In this document: positions 57,533 through 64,000 of the stretch, piece after piece | Position numbering within the stretch: the stretch's first letter is position 1 | Layout of the letters: each line of letters starts with the position of its first letter | Source: a virus | Length of the DNA: 64,000 nucleotides | Virus record (IMG/VR): IMGVR_UViG_3300030329_003387 | Reading direction: 5' to 3' (one strand) | The notes under the pieces: model-generated | Database searches by the model: none | Told to the model about the DNA's origin: nothing | The model's input: only the letters and a program-made list of their open reading frames with translations | Position numbers and translations under genes: made by a program

Positions 57533-60500
57533 TTAGGCAGTCCCTTCTATATCCATTCTTGGCATATCTGGGAACTGTCTTTCTATGAAGCTATTAATTC
57601 CCCTACTAACTTCTCGTCTAATTTTTCTTTGCATTCCTCTGCTCATTTCTCCGTCATCAGTAGGCTCACCATTATGGTTCACACTTACTATAACGTTCAT
57701 GTCTTCAATTTTGTGCGACATTTGTATTCCGCCCTTGAATAATTCTTCAAGTCTCTTGACAGAGCTGTCAAATGAACCTACAGCGTCAGTAAAGGCGGAC
57801 GAATCTAATCTGTACATATTAGTTCCGCCTGTAACTTCACCCTCACCGCCACCAGCCAAGTAGTTGGTTCCTCTAGATTTTTTACTTCTATTGTTAGTAT
57901 GTCCAGCGCCCATGCTATTAATAGACTTGAGAGTTTCTATACCTACAGCATCTACAGCAGCTTTTCTTACAACAAACTCTCCCGGTGTTAACATTGCAGG
58001 AACTGTGTCTGTTCCCATAGCTGGACCACCAGTATTAAACAACGAAACAAAACCGCCTTTAGCATATCCTCTATTTTTAGCTTCTTTTTTGTAAAATTCA
58101 GCAAGTTCATCCTTTAGTTGGTTTCTAGATTTTCCACTTGGATTTTTACTGGCGGTGCGACTCTGACTCATTAAATGGTCGTAATGTCTAGTCAGAACTT
58201 CATTACCTTCTAAAACCTCATCAAGAAATTTTTGAGGTACACCTCTGTTTGAGAGGGTCTTTTTCACTCTCGATTGTTTCATAGCTATTTCTTTTTTAGC
58301 AGCTTCAAGAGCTTCTCGGCTACCATACACGTTATCCCAATCATGTATTGCTTTCGGTCCTGAGTCAGGTATCGCGTCTTGTTTCTTTAATTCATCTAGA
58401 GCTGCTCCTCCGCGAAGTTGCTCACCTTCCATTGCTAGCCTTTTGTTCATCGCTGCCTGTCTTCCGGGAGAGATAGGACGACCTGCATACTGTTCTTGTA
58501 CCTGTTTAAGTGTAGGTCTTGGTTCTTTCGGTCCTCTTGTCAGTTTCTGGGTTTTTCCAACAACAGCATTTGCCGGAGTGTAAGGTTTTTTACCCGGCTG
58601 CATAACAGCGTCTTTTGCTTCTACTCCTGTATCCATTCTTTCCATAGTTTGAGCAACTTTGATGTCTTCCAGCATTTTATTTGGAAGAACTTCTTTTCCT
58701 ACGGGAGAGACTTTCTCTTGCGTCTTACCTCGCGGACGATTCAACATATCTTGCTTTGTTACTGTCGGATTGAGATCTTCCATTGCTTGAGCTTCATTTC
58801 TTCTTCTTGCAAGGGCGCCTTCAGGATTTTCAGCTCCTCTTGTTTGAATTTGATCTCTAAAGTCTTTCTGGCCAGCTTTAAATTTGTTTAGATAATCTTC
58901 AGCTATAGCATTTTCTTCTGCTGCGTTCTTTGCAGCTGCTTCTGCTGCTTCTTCTGCTGCTTCTTTAGCTTCTTTTTGGTCCTTGTCAAAGTCTTTCCTC
59001 TTTTGCTCTAACTCCTTTGTCTTATCGCTTTTGCGCAAGAATTTATCTTGCGTTTTGCTTAATGCAATTTCTGCATCAAGTTTAGCTCGCTGTTCTGCTG
59101 GAGTCAGTTCACCTACTGATTGCTTTGCAGCATCATCTGCCTGTTTTGTAACTTGTGCCTGTCTTCTAGTTACAACCTGTATCGTGTCGTCTACTTGGTC
59201 AATTGCGGCAAGACTAAAAGTCTCTCCAGCTCCATATTTTCCAGCGGCTGCGGCTGCTGGTTTTGGAGTGGTTGCGGCTGCTGGTTTTGGAGTGGTTGCG
59301 GCTGCTGGTTTTGGCTTAACAGCTGTAACGGGTTTTTTAGGGACGGTATCGGCAGGAACTTTCCAGCGACCAACGGTGACAGCTTCTTTGGCCTGATTCA
59401 TTATATCGTCCGCTATTCCAAGCGCTTTTTGAGCAACTTCCTCAACTGTGTCCATTAAACTACCAACATTAAGAGAGCCGGGATGATTGAACATCTCTTC
59501 TTTTGCTTTTTGTAGCCAATCAATAGTGACTTCAGGATCACCTCCCGGTCTTTTTACCTTCTTAGCTTCAAGTTCTGCTAGTTTATTTTTACCTTGCTGT
59601 ATTCGCACTTCGTCTGCGGCACTAAACGCATTAGGCTTTGCTCCCTTCGGTACTTGACCCGGAGGAAGATTCTTTATCATCGCTTGTTTTTGTGCGGTGG
59701 TAAGAGTCGCGTCATTTATAATATCATCATAAGTTCTTGCAGCAAAACCTAGACCCGGCTTAGTTTCAAATGTTGTTTTTCCTTTACCGGGGATTATATC
59801 TGTATAGAAACTCGATTGTGGATCAAACGCGCCGAAATCACTTTTGTATGTTTTACCAGTTTCTGGATCGATGTATGTCTTTCTTGCTGGCCCTTGCCCA
59901 CGAGCTTCAACATAATTTCGCATGTCGGCAGTAATTGCCTCTGGCCTCTTCGGTATTTCAGGCGCGTCGGGTGTAAATTTACCACGATTGAGAGGATCAA
60001 ACGTTCCGGGTTCCATACCTTGAAGTAGATCATCAACTGCTGCGTCTGGTTTTACAGGACCTTTAGGTGCAGGTTTTGGTTTAGTCAATTCTCCTAAACC
60101 CGGCTTTTTACCAGTCAATATGTCCATCGAAGATTGACCTAGAAGTTTATTTACTTCTGCGCTGTGCCTAGCTTGCGTTGCTCTTTTCTGAGCCTGTTCT
60201 GCAATATCATTCGCAAACGACTTAGCTTTTTTAACAGTAGTACTGACGACATTTTTTGTTACTTTTGCGCCGACTTTACCTACTTTGCTTCCTGCCATTC
60301 CCGGAACAGCAACTTCGGCAAGGTCCAATATTCCCTGTCTGTCTTTGGCTTGTTGCTCAGTTAAACCGCCCTGCATAGCGCGTTCGACAAACTTATCTTC
60401 ATACTCTTCACCCGTAAATGTAGAGGTAAGAGCATCACCAAACCCCTGCAAACTAGCCATGAAGCCAGCTCTGTCATCCTCGCTAACAATAGCGGGTATC

Positions 60501-63500
60501 GCCTGCATTCCAGTTTGGATTAGGTTGGGGACGGCCATCATAGCGCCCTCTACAACATTAACACTCTTGCTTTGCTCAATACCTTCTCGTGTTATGTCTT
60601 TGACGCTGGCGCCTTCCTTAGCAAGATGTGTTGACCGAGCAACGAACGCATTGATAGAGTCTTCTGAATGACCAGCCTTACGCATTCTTTCAGCTTCATC
60701 AAGAACGGCATTTAATGCATGAGCTTCAATTTTTTCATCAATGAATTCTCCCATCATTCCCATGCCGCTCTTAAGAGCATCGCCAGTAAGGTCCCACGCC
60801 CCTAAAAGTATGTTGCCACCGATGTTGCCAGTTCTGTCAATATTTTCCTTCATATAGTCGCGTTTTTGAGTCTCGGTATCTACCTTACCCCTTGCGGCCA
60901 CGGCTGTACCCATCGTTCCCATCTGAGGATTAACTTTTACAACTTTTTCAAAATATTCTCTCCAAGGCTTTGCTGCTTGTAATATTTTTCTTTGACGATC
61001 AAACTCTGCTTTGTCATTACCCATTCCTGTTGGTAAATTCATAAGATTTGAATCTATTTCAGATGATTTCATCTGTCTCCACCAACTACCAGCTTGCGTT
61101 TCTATAATGTCAAGAACGCTCTTGTCTTGTAAGTTTACCGGCGGGGATTCATATGGGCTAATTATCCCATCTTTATCTATATCGCGAGGATCAAATGTAC
61201 CCCCAAAATGCTCATTAAGGGTTGCATAAGTAACAGGCTTTTCTGGAATTTCATAGGCTTTTGCTGCCGCAAGAAGTTTTTCATAGCTTGCATTAATAGC
61301 CTCTGCAAACTTTTGATCTTCTGTGCTAGAAGGGAACATTCCCATTTTTCCAAAATCTTCAACCTGCTTGCGTACTAAAGGATTATCAGGATCTACTGCG
61401 ATACCTTCAGTGGTTGCACTTTTTCCAACTTGACTTTCTTTATAACTTGTTCGTAACTTATAGTAAGCTTTACCTAATTTTTGTTGTTCAATAGCTGTGT
61501 ATTTTGCGTTTTCTTTGTCTACTCTAGCTCTTTCTTTTACATCTAAAGCATAAAGATCTTCCATAACATCCGTAGGAAGGACTGGGAAGGTTTCAATTTG
61601 TGTATTTCCCGGACCTTCTTTAGTAGATCTAAAGGTAAATGCATTTTCTATTTTTGAAGCTTTGCCGCGATAAACACCTTGGTTATAAGATTCTCTATGA
61701 GCAATAAAACTATCAAGAAGAATGTTCAAATCCTCTTCATTTTTTTCTGCTATATTTTTTTCTAGATCTGCTATTCTCTGACCAAAACTTCCTCTCAATC
61801 TGCTTTTAAATGGCGCTTTGTCTTGTATCATTTGATACCCAGCAGGACTTCTTTTAAATCCTTGTCCGGGTTGATAACTTGCGTATTGAGTAGCTAAAGC
61901 TCCGTCATCTCTTGCCGCTTGTAAAAATGCTCCATGATTAAATTGTGCTAAATAAGGTATGGCGTTGAGATTCGCAAAAACTTGCTTTTGATCTTTTTCT
62001 GATAATTGATGACTTACGTTACCTTGACTATCTACAAGAGGTGCGTCTTTGAACCTATCTTTATCCTTTCCAATCTCAAGATCGCCACTAGCTTCTAGAC
62101 TATCTAAAAGCTTATAGAGTGATCCGGCTTCTGTCATTGGTTGTATAAATCTAGCAGCCTTTTTTAAATCTTGTTCTGCAAAAAACTCAAGCATCCTTTT
62201 GTCTCTTGCGTAAGATTTTAGGTCGCCGGGAGCTTCACCTCTACCGTAAGTTTGTATCCATTGTTTAGAATGGTCTTTATCAGGAGGATTAAGTCTAGAC
62301 GGAGGCCAGTTTTTAATTGTTCGGTTATTTTCGTCTGGGTGACTTTCAGCATGTTCTTCAGCTTCAGCTAAGTATGCGCCAACAAGCCTCTTTGGATCTA
62401 CTAAACCACCTTCAGCTAAGTATTGAGTCTTGCCGCTATTGAGAGCTTGTAATGCTCCCATGTTTTTCTGAGCAGCTTTTCTATTAACAACAAACTCGCC
62501 GGGTGTTAGCATGGCCGGTACTGTATCTGTACCCTTTGGAGCAAATATAGTTCCACCATCAGCTTTAGTTACTGGCTTTACTTGGAACGGACGAGCGTTT
62601 TCTTTAAACTCTGCACTCCAACCTTTCCAAGCCATTGAGAAGCTCTCTTTTACTTGCTTCTGCATAAGACCTAAATGTCTTGCCACTGTTCCACCACCAA
62701 AGAACAGATCCATCATTTTTCGTTGACCTTCTTCAACTTTTCCATAACCCCATTCGTTAGCCGGTAAATTCGCCCAACCGTTAAGTCTGCCTATCAAACC
62801 ACGCTGGCCGATGAAAGTCATAGCTTTTTTAGGGTCTCCGGTGGTGTTACCGCCACCTAACAAACCTTGCATTGCGGCTATGCCTTGGTTTTTAGGGTTA
62901 GCTCCGGGTCCAACGGCTCCAGTTACGCCTTTTACACTAACGTCTCGTATTTTGCCTTTGGATTGGTGTACTGCATCCCAACCTAGACCTAACTGCTCAG
63001 AGATTCTCTCTTGATTAATTTTAAGACCACTAGCGTCCATTCCGTTAAGAAATCCGCCTCTAATCATGACTTGTAAATCATGACCAAGACCTTTAAAGAA
63101 TGGAAATACCATATGTGCGGTATTTTCATCAAATTCATAATTTTGCAGCCATCGTCTGTTAATACCTGCATATTTAGGCATTGCTGACTTAATTCTATTC
63201 TTCATCATAAAGTTGGTAACTTTATTCATATGGGAAGCAAGCCTGCTTCCGGTAAGAATAGGACTTTTCATAAACTTAAAGTTTTCATTTACGTCGTCTT
63301 TAAGTTCTTTGTTTGCTAGCGCGTCTTTTTCTTGCTGATCTTTTACAGCCTCCTGAGCATCTTCAACGTCTCCTGCGCCCATGCCCTGTATAGCTACCCC
63401 ACCAAAAAGTGCGGTTTGAAGTGCGTCAAGAGCTGTACCATATCCTGCGGAAGTATTGTTTGCCTTTATAAATTTATGGTAATTGACAAAAATTTCACGC

Positions 63501-64000
63501 ACGCGATCAATTTGTTTACTTCTTTCAGTTGCACCCGCTTGAATAGCCGCAACATCAGGGATTGACCCCCAACTGCTTGGGTTTGCCGGATTAAACTCAA
63601 AGCCCCTAAAAGAATTCGCTCCGAAACCTGTATCTATCAAATGTTTTTTAACACCACCTGCTATTTGTTTTAATCTACTTGTATATCCAGTTCCTGTGGT
63701 TTGTTCCCATATGTTTGTTCCTCCGCTCACAAAACCCCTGTACCAAGAATCTGGATGCATTTCTTTAACAACGTCGTCTATGACGTTTAAATTATTCCCA
63801 GACTTTAATGCTTCTTGAATTGCACCGACTTTTTTAGAAAGGTATGATCTAGCGGAAGTACCATAAAGTTCTGCAACGGCTTCTTGTTGGAGTTTATGGG
63901 CATCTTTAAAAGCTTGTAAGGGGCCTTTAACTTTTTCGCTGAAGGCAAGAGCTGTGTTAAGACTTCCAGCTACATCAAGATTTTTCCATGTACCAGAGGG
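57533..64000 (-). CDS. tape-measure-like / internal virion giant protein (5' end beyond window)
   Basis: Frame stays open from 63760 to 64000 (checked codon by codon); two GTDTVPAMLTPGEFVV motifs characteristic of tape-measure C-terminal regions; helical Ala/Lys/Glu-rich sequence. Confidence 0.75.
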   Translation of the reverse strand, partial: PSGTWKNLDVAGSLNTALAFSEKVKGPLQAFKDAHKLQQEAVAELYGTSARSYLSKKVGAIQEALKSGNNLNVIDDVVKEMHPDSWYRGFVSGGTNIWEQTTGTGYTSRLKQIAGGVKKHLIDTGFGANSFRGFEFNPANPSSWGSIPDVAAIQAGATERSKQIDRVREIFVNYHKFIKANNTSAGYGTALDALQTALFGGVAIQGMGAGDVEDAQEAVKDQQEKDALANKELKDDVNENFKFMKSPILTGSRLASHMNKVTNFMMKNRIKSAMPKYAGINRRWLQNYEFDENTAHMVFPFFKGLGHDLQVMIRGGFLNGMDASGLKINQERISEQLGLGWDAVHQSKGKIRDVSVKGVTGAVGPGANPKNQGIAAMQGLLGGGNTTGDPKKAMTFIGQRGLIGRLNGWANLPANEWGYGKVEEGQRKMMDLFFGGGTVARHLGLMQKQVKESFSMAWKGWSAEFKENARPFQVKPVTKADGGTIFAPKGTDTVPAMLTPGEFVVNRKAAQKNMGALQALNSGKTQYLAEGGLVDPKRLVGAYLAEAEEHAESHPDENNRTIKNWPPSRLNPPDKDHSKQWIQTYGRGEAPGDLKSYARDKRMLEFFAEQDLKKAARFIQPMTEAGSLYKLLDSLEASGDLEIGKDKDRFKDAPLVDSQGNVSHQLSEKDQKQVFANLNAIPYLAQFNHGAFLQAARDDGALATQYASYQPGQGFKRSPAGYQMIQDKAPFKSRLRGSFGQRIADLEKNIAEKNEEDLNILLDSFIAHRESYNQGVYRGKASKIENAFTFRSTKEGPGNTQIETFPVLPTDVMEDLYALDVKERARVDKENAKYTAIEQQKLGKAYYKLRTSYKESQVGKSATTEGIAVDPDNPLVRKQVEDFGKMGMFPSSTEDQKFAEAINASYEKLLAAAKAYEIPEKPVTYATLNEHFGGTFDPRDIDKDGIISPYESPPVNLQDKSVLDIIETQAGSWWRQMKSSEIDSNLMNLPTGMGNDKAEFDRQRKILQAAKPWREYFEKVVKVNPQMGTMGTAVAARGKVDTETQKRDYMKENIDRTGNIGGNILLGAWDLTGDALKSGMGMMGEFIDEKIEAHALNAVLDEAERMRKAGHSEDSINAFVARSTHLAKEGASVKDITREGIEQSKSVNVVEGAMMAVPNLIQTGMQAIPAIVSEDDRAGFMASLQGFGDALTSTFTGEEYEDKFVERAMQGGLTEQQAKDRQGILDLAEVAVPGMAGSKVGKVGAKVTKNVVSTTVKKAKSFANDIAEQAQKRATQARHSAEVNKLLGQSSMDILTGKKPGLGELTKPKPAPKGPVKPDAAVDDLLQGMEPGTFDPLNRGKFTPDAPEIPKRPEAITADMRNYVEARGQGPARKTYIDPETGKTYKSDFGAFDPQSSFYTDIIPGKGKTTFETKPGLGFAARTYDDIINDATLTTAQKQAMIKNLPPGQVPKGAKPNAFSAADEVRIQQGKNKLAELEAKKVKRPGGDPEVTIDWLQKAKEEMFNHPGSLNVGSLMDTVEEVAQKALGIADDIMNQAKEAVTVGRWKVPADTVPKKPVTAVKPKPAAATTPKPAAATTPKPAAAAAGKYGAGETFSLAAIDQVDDTIQVVTRRQAQVTKQADDAAKQSVGELTPAEQRAKLDAEIALSKTQDKFLRKSDKTKELEQKRKDFDKDQKEAKEAAEEAAEAAAKNAAEENAIAEDYLNKFKAGQKDFRDQIQTRGAENPEGALARRRNEAQAMEDLNPTVTKQDMLNRPRGKTQEKVSPVGKEVLPNKMLEDIKVAQTMERMDTGVEAKDAVMQPGKKPYTPANAVVGKTQKLTRGPKEPRPTLKQVQEQYAGRPISPGRQAAMNKRLAMEGEQLRGGAALDELKKQDAIPDSGPKAIHDWDNVYGSREALEAAKKEIAMKQSRVKKTLSNRGVPQKFLDEVLEGNEVLTRHYDHLMSQSRTASKNPSGKSRNQLKDELAEFYKKEAKNRGYAKGGFVSLFNTGGPAMGTDTVPAMLTPGEFVVRKAAVDAVGIETLKSINSMGAGHTNNRSKKSRGTNYLAGGGEGEVTGGTNMYRLDSSAFTDAVGSFDSSVKRLEELFKGGIQMSHKIEDMNVIVSVNHNGEPTDDGEMSRGMQRKIRREVSRGINSFIERQFPDMPRMDIEGTA
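59249..59314. repeat. 24-bp tandem repeat, ~2.75 copies, encoding (PKPAAATT)n
   Basis: Unit TGCGGCTGCTGGTTTTGGAGTGGT at 59249 and 59273, partial at 59297. Confidence 0.92.

Noticed and set aside
59120-59458. Antisense ORF with CGCWFWSG repeats
   Set aside because: Alternative-frame reading of the 24-bp tandem repeat in the tape-measure-like gene.
1-64000. Stop-codon reassignment
   Set aside because: Standard code 11 gives near-complete coding coverage, with TAA, TAG and TGA all terminating genes.
37327-64000. Diversity-generating retroelement targeting tail proteins
   Set aside because: No reverse transcriptase and no template/variable repeat pair noticed in this window.

Overview
Gene-dense, AT-rich segment of a large tailed dsDNA bacteriophage genome (inferred from gene content; standard code 11; no rRNA, tRNA or CRISPR array seen). 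There are two convergent blocks. The plus strand (1-35897) opens with a replication module: a Cas4-like PD-(D/E)XK nuclease, a DnaE-type DNA polymerase split into two intein-free genes with a DEDDh exonuclease and a small ORF between the halves, SSB and a sigma-70-type factor. This runs directly into a ~27.5 kb, 32-33 gene glycan synthesis/modification island (roughly 15 or more glycosyltransferase-like genes, 4 methyltransferases, 4 SDR epimerase/dehydratases, 2 nucleotidyltransferases, a DegT aminotransferase, a formyltransferase, a StrG-like oxygenase, a cupin and WavE). A DUF559/Vsr-type endonuclease, a Rad52/Sak-like annealing protein and a zinc-ribbon protein follow. A bidirectional terminator at ~35905-35946 separates this from the minus-strand virion/tail module (35971 to beyond 64000): a tape-measure-like giant, a LamG protein, baseplate/tail-tip-like proteins and a 3200-aa cysteine-rich protein. 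Top leads: (1) a membrane-independent phage glycosylation system including an apparent N-formyl amino-dideoxysugar pathway; (2) the intein-free split DnaE with an interposed proofreader; (3) apparent avoidance of CCWGG; (4) cysteine-rich virion proteins. All family calls come from motif recognition by eye, not database searches.
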